In this document: one piece after another, positions 27,604 through 40,960 of the stretch
How positions within the stretch are numbered: the stretch's first letter is position 1
Layout: each line of letters starts with the position of its first letter
Assembly (NCBI GenBank): GCA_951406725.2
Contig: OX597815.1
Location: 148,056,001-148,120,000, forward strand
Direction: 5' to 3'
Origin: Octopus vulgaris
Lineage: Eukaryota
DNA length: 64,000 nt
Translations under genes and position numbers: made by a program
The notes under the pieces: model-generated
Seen by the model: only the letters and a program-made list of their open reading frames with translations
Databases searched by the model: none
What the model was told of the DNA's origin: nothing

Positions 27604-28269
27604 ATGCATGTATATAAGCATGTCTAATATATATGCATGAGGGCACACAGACTGAGCAAAGCTTATAGAAAAGAAGCACGTCTAGACAGATACAGTGAGC
27701 ATTGATCATCTATTTAATTTCTTACTTATAATATTACCTTTGAATTTTCAGTATACTTTATCTAGCCTAACATATATTTTGATGCAACTTTTTCATCATG
27801 TCGCCTTCGTCTTTTAGAAGTTTAGTTATATTTGTCTTATGTGTCAGAATATGTGTGAATGAATATGTTTTCGTTCCTGGTTTACATGTATGCGATATAT
27901 TCACACTTCCCGAGCCATTATAATCAATCACCATCCCACTTCTCCTTTTCTTACAACACTTTCTTTATCATTTCCAATGTTCTCCACTTCGCCCTACCAA
28001 CACCAAGTCCACATTCACCTTCACCATTACCATCTTGCTCATTGCCCTCAGTCTCTCTGGCGCCAAACAACACTTCATGACCATTCATACACACATTACT
28101 TGTCTATATCATCATCGGAAACGTCTACACCTTCACATTCTGCGCCACCACACACATCTTTAGTGTATGCTTTTCTCATTCATTTATATTTCTGTCATTC
28201 TACTTATATCTCTAATAATTAGATACCCAAGACTAGGATTACTTTTCTGATAAGGCCTCTTGGCAAAAC

Positions 28270-28336
<67 letters not shown>

Positions 28337-29740
28337 AAAATGAGGGTAAGAAATTAGATATTAATTTAATTTACTTCGAATGGGTAGAACTGTTTTCAAT
28401 TCTGACTTTGTGCGGACCTCCTAATACGCAGTCCTGCAAATTATATTTATCTAGACGGTCGCACCAATGATCTACGGACATTTAGGTAAGTAAAATTACG
28501 TAATATGTTAATAGTTAAACATGTATGCGAATAATCCATATTTTTATTGCTTTTTCTTTTGTCTTGCTCGATTACGTTTTGTTTGTTTTGCTAAATTTTT
28601 CTTGAGAATATTTCTTAATGGGAATTTCTGAAGTAGATCCAACGGAAATATATCCCAACCGTGGAGGACACCAAGAAGCCCAAACTTTGAACGTGCTTTA
28701 CTCCACACACTAATCGACATATACCCATAAGTCCAAAAGAATTACACATGCACACACACACGCACGCTCATATTTATATATCAGGTGTTTGAATTTATTA
28801 TGCATAAGGTTATAACATTATGTATTTATTACATATTCATACATGCGTGTTTTGATTGCTTTGCCCAATATTTATCAATTGCACAGTTGAAATAGTTACT
28901 GCTAATTAATTTTCATTCACAGACATACCAAAACTATACGTATTTCTCTTTTGAGGTTGGAAACGGCGTTGTGAAATAATTGGATATGCATGAAATGAAT
29001 ACGCAAATCTTCTATAGATTATTCTGTTAATGAGTCGAGTGTTACATAATATTACTTTAATTTCATCTGTATTGTTTTGTTCAGAGAAAGATAATAATCC
29101 TATGACTTAAAATTTGTAAATCCCACGAGAGTTTAGGCTAACAAATATTTATAATATCTATAATTTGATGCTTTATAATATCAAAAACGGGAGGCTAAAT
29201 ATAACCAGAACACACAGATGTAATATTGCATATTTAATTCCATACTGTAACTAGTAAAACCACGCTCACATTCCCCATGTAAGTACTGGAAATATGTACA
29301 TGACAAATTTGTTTCGTTTCATTTAAACAAATATCAATTTTCACAATCCCGCACTATTATTAGCATTGTGCATGCAGTGTGAACGTTAAAAAACTGTAAA
29401 ATTATCGTCATTGACTTTATATAAAATGGCTTCATGCTATTCGTAACAGGATAACTTATATGTTTAAGTCATACATTCTTTAACGAATAACACACTGAAA
29501 AATATGTAACAATTTTACGGAAGCTGGTTTCTTTGAATGAATGATTATATTAGTACAGCCTAAAGATGTGTTTGAAAGGAGTTTGATGCTCACGATTCTT
29601 CAAAGTGTTTATATAAAAGTAATTATTCTCTCACATAGGGGCACGCACACTTACACACACGCGCACATATGTATATCATGTATACGTGTACATTATTCAT
29701 AACGGGAAAGCAAAGTTAGTTTTGCTTTTTATAATTACTT

Positions 29741-29971
29741 TCTCTTTACTCTTTTACTTGTTTCAGTCATTTGACTTTGGCCATGCTGGAGCACCGCCTG
29801 TAGTCGAGCAAATCGACACGAGAACTTATTCTTTGAAAGCCTAGTACTTATTCTATCCGTCCCTTTTTGCTGAACCACTAAGTTATGGGGACGCAAATGT
29901 AAACACACCACCATCGGTTGTCAAGCGATGTTGGGGGACAAACACAGACACACAAACATATACACACACGT

Positions 29972-30006
<35 letters not shown>

Positions 30007-30164
30007 CAACGGGATTCTTTCTGTTTCCGACTACTAAATCCACTTACAAGGCTTTGGTTGGCGCGAAGCTATAGTAGAAGACACTTGCCGTAGGTGCCAC
30101 GCAGTGGGACTGAACCCGGAACCATGTGGTTCGTAAGCAAGCTACTTACCACACAGCCACTCCT
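29741..30164 (-). mobile_element. SINE family A, full length
   Basis: Reverse complement of 278-685 including head AGGAGTGGCTGTGTGGTAAGTAGCTTGCTTAC and tail. Confidence 0.92.
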
Positions 30165-30234
30165 TAGTCTATGAATTGTAGAATTCATATTTACAAACTA
30201 ACCATACATACGAAACATGAGCTAATGAGAAAAT

Positions 30235-30740
<506 letters not shown>

Positions 30741-31575
30741 TAATGAGAAAATGTCTATATATGCGTTTGGCTTTTTAGTGATTTTCTAGATCTTTAAATC
30801 AAATTTCTCGAAAATTACTTTATAATTTCTTAAATAACGCGTGAGTATTTATTTTACGTATTACTATATACAGAAATATATGAGCTGGGACGAGTTAATT
30901 CTTCTCTGCGGGTAAAATTATTACAGAAAATATAAGCTTCAAAACGGCATATCTCGGTAATAAGTTCAGTCTAGAGATATGAGAATTAAAATAAATATTT
31001 TTTTGTTACATATACAAAAGTTATGCTAAAATCACTGCGTGACCATTCTGTATTGTATTCAGTTTTTAACACTTAAGAGTTACTGATTAATTTGTAATTG
31101 CAATTAACAACTTTGTATATGTACCAGACGTATGTTTCAATATCTATCAATAAATTCTTCTTATTAGTTTCTTTGCTGTCTTGGTTAATATATTGATAAC
31201 TCTAAAAGTTATACTGCAATTCCCAAGGGTGCGTCAAATATGCCAGTTTGAAAAATTCTATAAGTTTTTGTCCATGTTTATATAATTTTAACCCCTCTCC
31301 CAACTCTATCGCCCAGCTATTCCCTTGATCGGACACCAGCGATCTACGAATATTAGAAAATGTCAATCTTCTTTAGATTTAACAAAGTCATTTCACGTAA
31401 ATAAAGAGCAACAAAAACAAATAAAACAAAATAAAATAAATGTGGCTTTATATAGTTTGTGACAAACGTTGCTTTAACATCAAAACTAGAAGCTAACTCC
31501 CCAAGGAAATATATTCACACGAAAATAAAGATTTTAGTACTTAGCGTTCAAACTCTTTATACGTCTTTCACTCCG

Positions 31576-31630
<55 letters not shown>

Positions 31631-32473
31631 TATATGTATATACACACATAAACATATATGCATTTACATATATTTCTATGAATATCTACATAATACATAT
31701 ATGTTTATGTGGATATATATATATATGCATACATACAAAAGCACATACACGCGCGCGCACACACACAGACACAAATAAATTCATGGTATATCTCGGCTTT
31801 ATTATTGTCCAGTTAATAAGCATATATTATTCGAAACGATGTGTTCGTTGGACTAATAATTTATCCCAATTTTTCATAAGACTGAAGTGATATCTGTCAC
31901 AAAAGTGACAAAAACACAAACGTCACTATTATGCCAAAAACCGATACAAAGGAAAAAAAGTATAAAAAAAGCTTATCAATTTCCCTTAGACAGATATAAT
32001 TGAAGTTTAGCGCTGTAAAAACAAACACAGAAAGATATACAAAATGTTATGGTCTCTGTAGGAAGTGATACTGAATAAGCAAAACAAATGAAAGTTGATG
32101 CCTTAGTCCGCATTGTAATTATAATAAATTATTTCACTCAAGTGCTACCAATCGAACATTATGATTGACAATGTTTCTACATTGCACCACATTTAACTGA
32201 TCTCTCTCTCTCTCTGGTTTTCGCTTTCCCTCCCTCTCTCTATGTCTGATTATTTTTGTGTTGCGTGGGTGTGTGTGTGTCTCTCTCTCTCCAGACATAC
32301 GTACGTGTACGAAGTATGTATGAGTATTTAAGTATCAAGATTAATCAGCCGAAATTACTACGATGATCCGGTTCTTGACTGAAGACTGAGGGTTTCGAAT
32401 GTCCTGTCCGTGTTTATTGTATCGTCTTCTAAGAGTTATACGTTCTTGTCCATGTTGTATTTTTCTACATACC

Positions 32474-32539
<66 letters not shown>

Positions 32540-32542
<3 letters not shown>

Positions 32543-33611
32543 AAACAAGTCAAAAATAGAAAATGCTAAAATAATTTTATAGTGAACATTTCAGTACCGG
32601 TTTCGGTCATTTTGAGACCTTTTCAACTGTAACGATTAAATAATTAAATTTAGAAAAATTAGAAGAAAAGTTATTTTAAAAGAATATTTCTATAGTAGTG
32701 TTCAGATCTAAGTGGCATTCTGCCTTTCTCTGACTCCCTTGTTTGCACTTGAGTGTTGGAGGTCGTTGTGAGTTCTTGGTAGGGTAGTAGAGGAAGAAGG
32801 CTGGTGAGGAAAGGGGGTGGGAGAATCTGGGAGTGCCCTGATGGTCGTATTTTGAATGGTCAGTGGCGGCTGGCAGTCTCAGTTCAATTCAGGAGAATAT
32901 TTATATTGACAGGCTTGTTTATAGAATTAGCGTAGGTGTTATACTAAAAAACATTAGTGACAAAGTTAAGGGGTAGGGGGTGGAGAAGTAGAAGAAGAAG
33001 AAGAAGAAGAAGAAGAAGAAGAAGAAGAAGAAGAAGAAGGAGAAGGAGAAGATGACGATGATGGTGATGGTGGTGATGATTATGACGACGATGATGATGA
33101 TAATGATGATGATGATGAAGAAGAAGAAGAAGAAGAAGAAGAAGAAGAAGAAGGAGAAGGAGAAGATGGTGGTGATGATGGTGGTGATGATGATGACGAC
33201 GATGATGATGATAATGATGATGATGAAGAAGAAGAGGAAGAAGAAGAAGAAGAAAAAAACAGAGAAGGGAGAATATGAAAGGGTGTAAGTATAGCTATGA
33301 AGGGGCTGATTAGTAATGGATTCTATGGAGTGTAATATTTGTGTGTGTATATATATTTTTCTTTTATTCTAAAGTTGAGGTATATCAATTGTTTGTCGTA
33401 GACCTGTTAAGAAGTGGCTTGTATTTTGTAATAAAGAGATTTTCTTTACTTATTCGTTGTCTCGAGGTTGTATCGTCCCTAAATTGGTAGAGGGGGAAAA
33501 TTCTGAAGTTTGGTGTTTTTTTGTTGGCGCAAGTATCTATGTGTTGGCTAAAAGCTATTTTTCTGTTTTGGGGAATTTTTATCTGGGATCTGTGCAGGGC
33601 CATTCGTTTAC

Positions 33612-33612
<1 letters not shown>
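32540..33612 (-). mobile_element. Penelope-like element 3' end (GIY-YIG C-terminus, GAA/GAT repeat, terminal repeat with hammerhead variant)
   Basis: RMALHRSQIKIPQNRKIAFSQHIDTC...FRIFPLYQF...RISKENLFITKYKPLLN (33385-33603); hammerhead-like motif 32592-32629; flanked by (TA)n on both sides. Confidence 0.8.
32990..33260. repeat. duplicated compound (GAA)n(GAT)n trinucleotide repeat
   Basis: Two rounds of GAA run / GGAGAAGGAGAAGATG / GAT run. Confidence 0.9.
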
Positions 33613-33677
<65 letters not shown>

Positions 33678-33769
33678 GCGTGTGTGTGTGTTTGTGAGTG
33701 TGTGTGAGTTTGTGTATATGTATATGTATCTATATGTGAAAATATATAAAATATATGAAAAGCTTTATC

Positions 33770-34066
33770 AGACATGCTGAACCACCTCCCGAAGATAGTA
33801 AAGGAAGTCAACCCTGTTAGTATCATTCGATGTGGTGAATTTGTACGTAAATATCCCACACGACAATAGTGTAGAAGTAATCACCTTCTGGCTAGCAAAA
33901 TACCCATAAGAGATCCCAAGACGCATTAACCACAGATTCATAAAAGCAGCACTCAAATTCATCAGGCTGAACAACTATTTCATGTTCGATACTACTTACT
34001 ATCGACAAAAATGTGAAATTGCAATGGGAGCCAGAGCTGCTCCAGGGATTGCAAACCTTTTAATGA
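33770..34066 (+). pseudogene. Penelope-like reverse transcriptase fragment
   Basis: Manual translation LNHLPK../LLVSFDVVNLYVNIPHD...FWL...NNYFMFDTTYYRQKCEIAMGARAAPGIANLLM with a frameshift and a stop. Confidence 0.85.
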
Positions 34067-34744
34067 ATTAGAGTAATTTCTAAAAAATTAGATTTTTTTA
34101 GAAATTTCTGTGCACCTTTTTCGATTAGCGTGCTTATTGTGATAAATTATATGGTTATGGACAATGTTTCTAGTTTCGGCATATTTGGCATTATAATTTT
34201 TTCGTTTGCCCTTATTTATAAGTTGTTTATAAATTTAACCTTTAAATGTATTTTTTAATATGCCGGTCATTGATAAAATTTGTTTGAAAAATGTTATCCT
34301 ACATTAGATGTGTATGTATGTGAGCATTTATATCTCACCGACACACAATCACAGATTTGTTTATGTATAAGTGTGTGTGTGAAGGGTTCTGCGTGATTTT
34401 CTTAATATATTTGCTAAGTTATTATACCCTAAACATGTTGTTATTAGATTTCCGCCAAAGATATATTTATTTGGAGCAGCTGTTTATCCTTTATTTCTAT
34501 ATGCACTAATATTGTGGACACTAAAGGGGAATTAAGACACTCGTGTAACTTCCTTGATAACGTATATGTAATCCTTCTAGATAATTTACCGAATGCATCA
34601 AATACGATATAAGTTTTCTGTTTTTTTTTCCTTACTAATGTACATATAACCTTTGGTTTTCTTGTCATCACACACACAAGCACACACACACATATATATA
34701 CACAAATATATAGACTCACATACGCATATATATATATAGATATG

Positions 34745-34781
<37 letters not shown>

Positions 34782-35231
34782 GCACACAACTATATACACT
34801 CATACACTCATATATGTATGTGTGTGTTTATATATATATATCTATATACATATCTATGTATATATATAATGTATGAAATATGTATACGTGCGTGCAGGTG
34901 TGCACATTCTATGACATTTTTCGCAGTCCGATTAAGGCTTTGTGTCATAAAAATATTCAGCGAGATATGTTTATGGCTAATAATAATTTAGTACACATGT
35001 GGTCTTATTTAAAGAAGAAAAGCCCACAGTAAACCCGACGTACTCCTTCAAATTTCGAAGTTGAAGCCTGTGGACGTAGACGGCCAAAAGAGGTGATTAT
35101 ACCTTGAAATGGAGGTGAATGTCAATACTGAACAGACTCACTAACAAGATATGATTTATTCTAAATTAACTGCTGACAACATCCCGGAAACAGAAATATG
35201 TGGATTTCTTCTTGTTCAATAAATGATTCGA

Positions 35232-35396
35232 GATGCAGAAATGGCTGTTTTCAGAAACTGGATTCCCAACCACATGACTTCGTGTTCTGTCCCACTGCCC
35301 ACTGCCTAGTAACTTGGCCATGTGTCTTCTACTATACTCTCGGGCAAACCAAACACTTGTGCGTGAATTTGGTAGACAGAAATTGAAAGAAGCGTG

Positions 35397-35431
<35 letters not shown>

Positions 35432-35817
35432 TGAGAGAGAGAGAGAGAGAGAGAGAGCGTGTGTATTTGTGTTTATCTGATTTTCTCGCTTACCACTAAG
35501 CGGTGTTCGTGTGTTTACGTTACACGCACTCAGCGTTTCGGTAAAATACACTGATAGAATTGTTATTAAGTTTTAAAAGTAATACAGAAATGTATTTGGG
35601 TCAGTTCAATCAACTAAAATTCTTGAAGTCAGTCCTCAAGCATTGCTGCCTTCTAATAACTGAAAAGAGTAATAGAAAAGAATCTGGCTTACTGACTACA
35701 TGATTCCCAGTTGAGTCACACAGCGTGACACCTTGCTTAGGTGTCTTCTACTTTAGCCTCGGGTCCACTAAAGCCTTGAAAGTGGATCTGGAAGACACAA
35801 ACTGAAAGAAGCCCGTC

Positions 35818-35822
<5 letters not shown>
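35232..35822 (+). mobile_element. two degenerate SINE family A copies in tandem
   Basis: GTGTCTTCTACTATAC...TTGGTAGACAGAAATTGAAAGAAG and again GTGTCTTCTACTTTAGCCTCGGG...AACTGAAAGAAGCCCGTCG. Confidence 0.75.
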
Positions 35823-35891
<69 letters not shown>

Positions 35892-35984
35892 GGGTGACTG
35901 TGTGTGTGAATGTGTGTGCGTGTTAGTGTGCGTGTGCGTGTGCGTGACTGTGTGTGGGATTGTGAGTGTGTGTGTATATAATGT

Positions 35985-36700
35985 CGTAGTATGGTATAAA
36001 AATTGAGTATTACAACGAAAGCACTGAACCCGAGATTGGATTGTCAACACTAGCGTAGTATCATTATTATGGCTACAGTACTCTAATAGTCACTTCTAAC
36101 TATGGGAGTACTGTAGCCATTATTGTTCTTATTTTGATTTCACCAGCCTTTCACATTTCCCTGTTTAATGTTGTTGCTTTGTGGTAAACTGAAACATTTT
36201 TTCACCCATCATTTGCAATTTGACAATGGTGTCTATGTGCTTTAGTCGAAAATAAACGGAATAGTGTATTTCCCTTCCTCTTTTTCTTCTCTTACTATTT
36301 CCACGTTCATCTTTGTCGTCGTCATGACCTCTTTCTTCTAATTTTTCTTCTACTCCTCCTCCCCTCCTCTTCTTCCTTCTTCTCTTCCCTTTTTCTTTTT
36401 CTCCTTCTTTATCTTCTTCGTCTCCCGTACGTTCTTTATACTACTAATGATTGCCCTTATCGTTCCCTTATTTACTTTTCGTCTCCTCCCGTCATAACCG
36501 AAAATTAAAACCTAAAAGATGCACAGTACAAGACCTCACCATTACTCGAGTCTGATGAAGTGCCACGCTAATGAATAAATCCAGAAATATTACATGAATT
36601 TTCATTTCCAAAATATGTGTAAAGTGGCGTTGTAAGAAGAGGTGGTGCAGAAACAATTGTAACAGACAATTAAAGATTTAATAAAGTATTTCTATCCATT
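35985..36700 (+). mobile_element. probable PLE-type terminal region with fold-back junction and long-stem-II hammerhead-like motif
   Basis: 15-bp perfect IR within 36069-36120; CTGATGA (36552)...GAAACAATTGTA (36650-36661). Confidence 0.5.
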
Positions 36701-37142
36701 CACACGTACTCATACAGAATACTAATCAGTCATGTGTTTGAGATATGCTGGCGATAATACACAATTTTACCGGCATATAATGTTCATATGTGTGTATGTG
36801 TTGCGTGCGTCAGTGTGCTAACAGCGATGTGATAACATAATTCCTCACCATTTATTACGTACGTCTGAGAGTATTGAATTTATAACCTCTTCTTTAATTG
36901 GCTGAAATACTGAAAACTGTTAGACTGCTGTATTTGATATATCTCGTTTTGTGTCAAAGTTTAATCATATCTAGATTGTATTTATTCCCCTATATTTAAT
37001 TTCACTTTAATCAAAATATTAGATGTCTTAATCTAATTAAATTTAAAATCTTGGGAAATACATTTTATAGCACAGGTATTTGGAAAGAAATTTAATCAAC
37101 CATCTTAAAATAGCCTTTCTTTTTGTGTAATTATATTAGTAA

Positions 37143-37442
37143 CTAGCAGTATCGCCCGGCGTTTCTCGGGTTTGTAAGCGAAATAGCTATATAAGCACTT
37201 TAGAGAGTTACTTCCCTTATATAATAGCAAAAAAATGCATTGAAATGGGAAAGAATGATGGTAATTTTTTTTTAAATCGTAGACTAATCATAGACGCGCA
37301 CTAATACCCAGAAGGGCTCGATATGAATCACGACTATAAGATACCCGCTTTTGGTTAAACTGCACCGCAAAATGTGGGAGTAGTTAGGAATCTAAATCGT
37401 AGGAGACATACACTTACACAACTTCACTTTAATATATAAAGA
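37143..37442 (-). mobile_element. non-autonomous Helitron (300 bp)
   Basis: Minus strand A|TCTTTATATATTAAAG...CCCGAGAAACGCCGGG hairpin...CTAG|T: canonical 5' TC, 3' hairpin and CTAG, inserted between A and T. Confidence 0.88.
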
Positions 37443-37619
37443 TTAATAATAAAGGAATTCTACTTTCTTGGACACAACTTTATCATATATACTTTATAAA
37501 AGGGGTATATATGGAAAGATGAAATGCGATTTGTTACTATGCTGCGGATGGTATGCGTCCCTCTATAAATGCTAAATTTCATTTTTTAATATATGCTACT
37601 ATTTGTATTTGAAGACACA

Positions 37620-37625
37620 TATATA

Positions 37626-37695
<70 letters not shown>

Positions 37696-37700
37696 CATAC

Positions 37701-37745
<45 letters not shown>

Positions 37746-38414
37746 CGCATACATACATATATATATATATACATATATATATACATATACATATATATAT
37801 ACATATATATACATATACATATACATATATATACATATACATATATATACATATACATATATATACATATACATATATATATATACATATACATATATAT
37901 ATGCGTATATATATATATACGTATATATATGCATATATATATATATGCATATATATATATATATATATATATGCATACATATATACATACACATATATAT
38001 ATATACATATATATATACATACACATATACATATATATACATACGCATATACATATATATACATACACATATACATATATATATATATACATACACATAT
38101 ACATATATATACATACACATATGCATATATATACATACACATATACATATATATACATACACATATGCATATATATACATACACATATATATACATATAC
38201 ATACACATATATACATATACATATATATATATACATACACATATACATATATATACATATATATACATATTTATATATATACGTACATATACACATATAT
38301 ATATATACATATACGTACATATACACACATATATATATATACGTACATATACACACATATATATATATATATATACGTACATATACACACACATATATAT
38401 ATATACGTACATAT

Positions 38415-38452
<38 letters not shown>

Positions 38453-38462
38453 GTACATATAC

Positions 38463-38495
<33 letters not shown>

Positions 38496-38505
38496 TATAT
38501 ATATA
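37620..38505. repeat. long compound (TA)n/(TACA) microsatellite
   Basis: Direct inspection. Confidence 0.97.
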
Positions 38506-38919
38506 TTCATACTTTTGATATAGTATTGCAACTAGTATTTGCAACTAGAACATACTCGCGAATACACGTGTTAAAACGCACGTGTGTTACTTCCCGAAAT
38601 CGAATTGAATTTTATTCTTCGTCTGTGAATCAACAAGACACAGTATTTTTGAGAAGGATATTTTCGTTTTTGATGTATATCTGCGTGTTCTGAAAAAAGC
38701 CTCTGAAAAATTTGCTGCTTAATACCAAATCGCCTCGGAAAATATAGAAGGTATCGTCAAACTGTTGCACGTGCGAAATCGGAACTCAAATCCCTTTTGT
38801 TTACAAAATACGATTAAGGAATATAAAAGGTCTGTCTTATCTATCTATCTATCTTCCTTTCTTATAAAAAGGAATCACGTAAGTACTCTCTCAGCCGGTA
38901 AGGTAAGGAAGATATTATT

Positions 38920-39220
38920 TATTTTGCTATCATTAGTGTTCTTTCAAACAGAAAATAATAATAAAAAAAAGATATAAAAATATAAAAATACGCGCTATTC
39001 TATCTTTATAATTTCGTCCTCCGTGCCTGCCACACACTCTCTCTTTCTCTTTCTTACATTTCTATTTCTATCTCTCTCATACATTTTTTATTATTTGTTA
39101 TCATTAGTGTTCTTTCAAACAGAAAATAATAATTAAAAAGATATAAAAATACGCGCTATTCTATCTTTATAATCTCTCCTTCTCTTTCTTACATTTCTAT
39201 TTCTATCTCTCTCATACAGT
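38920..39220 (+). repeat. imperfect tandem duplication (~130-170 bp unit) in the LINE 5' UTR
   Basis: TATCATTAGTGTTCTTTCAAACAGAAAATAATAA...ATACGCGCTATTCTATCTTTATAAT...TTTCTATCTCTCTCATACA occurs twice. Confidence 0.9.
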
Positions 39221-40056
39221 TTATACCTTATCTGTCTCCCCATCCACCAGACCCTCTATTTCCGCTCTCACTCTCCCCTCCTCCCTCTCTCTCCCTCTGC
39301 CATCGTTTCTCTTTCTGCATCTCTCTCAGATCAACTTTCTCTCACCTCACCCCCTCTCTCAGTTCCTCAACTTCACTCATTCTCTCTTGTATCTATATAC
39401 CGCCCTCTTTCTCTCTCTCTCTGTTACTCCCCCTCCCTCTCTCTGCCTCTTTCCTCTCCGCTCCTTCACAGGTCAAACCCCTTTTCCTCTTCCCCTTCTG
39501 TCCCCTTATTTCTTTCTCTACACCACCCTCCCTGTCCCTTTACTACACTCTGTTGCGCCCCCTCTCTCCCTCTTCCCCCTTTTTTCTTCCTACCTTCCCT
39601 GTCCCTGCTCCCTCTAAGGCTCACCACCCCCTGTCTCTTTTTTCCTCTCTCTGTCTCCTTCCTCCACACCACCCTCTCTGTCCCTTTACTTCACTCCCTG
39701 GTACCTCTATCCTGCCCTCTCTCTCTCTCCCTCTCCATTTCATCTCTCTCTCTCTTCCTCTCTATTTTATCTCTCCGCCTTTCTTCTCCCTGCTCCCCCT
39801 AGGGTCCACCCTCTTGTCTCACTTTTCCACCCTGTCCCTTTCTACTACACCTCTATCCCGCTCACTCTCCCCCTGCTGACCTGCCATTCTTTCTCCTTTC
39901 TCTTTTTCCCTCTTATTTTCTCTCTTTCTCTCTTCTCTCAGGACAATCCCCTCGTCTCTCTCTATCCCCCCTGGCTTTTCTCCTTTCTCTTCTCCCTCTC
40001 CATCTTATCTCTCCTTCTCTATCTCTCTCTCTGTTCCTATATTTCACTAGAAGAAA

Positions 40057-40960
40057 ATGGCAAGAAACTGGTCTGCGAGAGAGGTGCAATTGTTCGTCCG
40101 CGCTTGGAGGATTGCTGAGGACGACTCGCCGAACAATATTATTGCTGCGGTGCTGAAAAGCAACAATTTTTCGAGAACCACCGCCCAGATAGAGCGAAAG
40201 AAGAGAGAAGTTATCCGTTCTTACGCTCTAATCAGGCAACATGTGGACAGCCTGGACATCATCCAGGGAGGTGACGGCAGCAGGGAGGGCCAAAAGGATG
40301 AGGAAAGCATCCAGAGCCAAATGGAGAAGCCTGGAACACAGGGAAACGATGACACATGTCCAGCTTCCAACACCACAACTGAAGACCAAAGAGGTGCGAT
40401 GGCCGCAAGAAAGGAAAGGCACCCTGGAATTGATAGGAAGCAGGAGGTAAAGGGTGACAGAATCAAGGCTAAAGGAAGCCCTGTCCAGAGAAAGCAGAGG
40501 GACCCCAGCAAAAACTGTAAGGGCAGGGAAAGAAACACCTGCAAATTCTACCTGAGGGGGGGGCTGCTGGTACGGCGTCGAAGGTGCAAACTGTCGCTTT
40601 GCACATCGGAGGCCCTACCAAAACCGCACGGACGCGAGACAGAGGTCCCTCCCTCAGGGAGAACAATAACAAAAAGAAAAAGTTAAAAGGAGGGAAAAAA
40701 GCGCACTGACCACTACTGAAAGACGGTATGCAGATGTGGTGCGCGGAAACCCAACAGGTGTCCAGCTTCACCCAGATGTGAGAAGGGCGGCAGCTGAACA
40801 GCAGTCTTTTTTGTGCATGGCACAAAAAATTGTTCAGCAGCTGACCTGGCTACAAGCACAAACCTGGAACTACCACCACATAAGGCCACCTCCAACAGAT
40901 GCAGGATGGCCACCACAGACACCAACACCAACACACACACCACAAAAATATTTCTGCTGA
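40057..40960 (+). pseudogene. LINE ORF1 (Myb/SANT-like N-terminus, CCCH zinc finger), one frameshift and one stop
   Basis: MARNWSAREVQLFVRAW...IAAVLKSNNFSRTTAQIERKKR; removing one G from the run at ~40556-40563 gives CKFYLRGGCWYGVEGANCRFAH and joins the 40736-40960 frame through one TAA. Confidence 0.75.

Noticed and set aside
33052-33288. Poly-Met/poly-Lys ORF
   Set aside because: (GAT)n/(GAA)n repeats inside a PLE 3' region
39387-39879. Pro/Leu/Ser-rich ORFs
   Set aside because: Low-complexity C/T tract upstream of LINE ORF1
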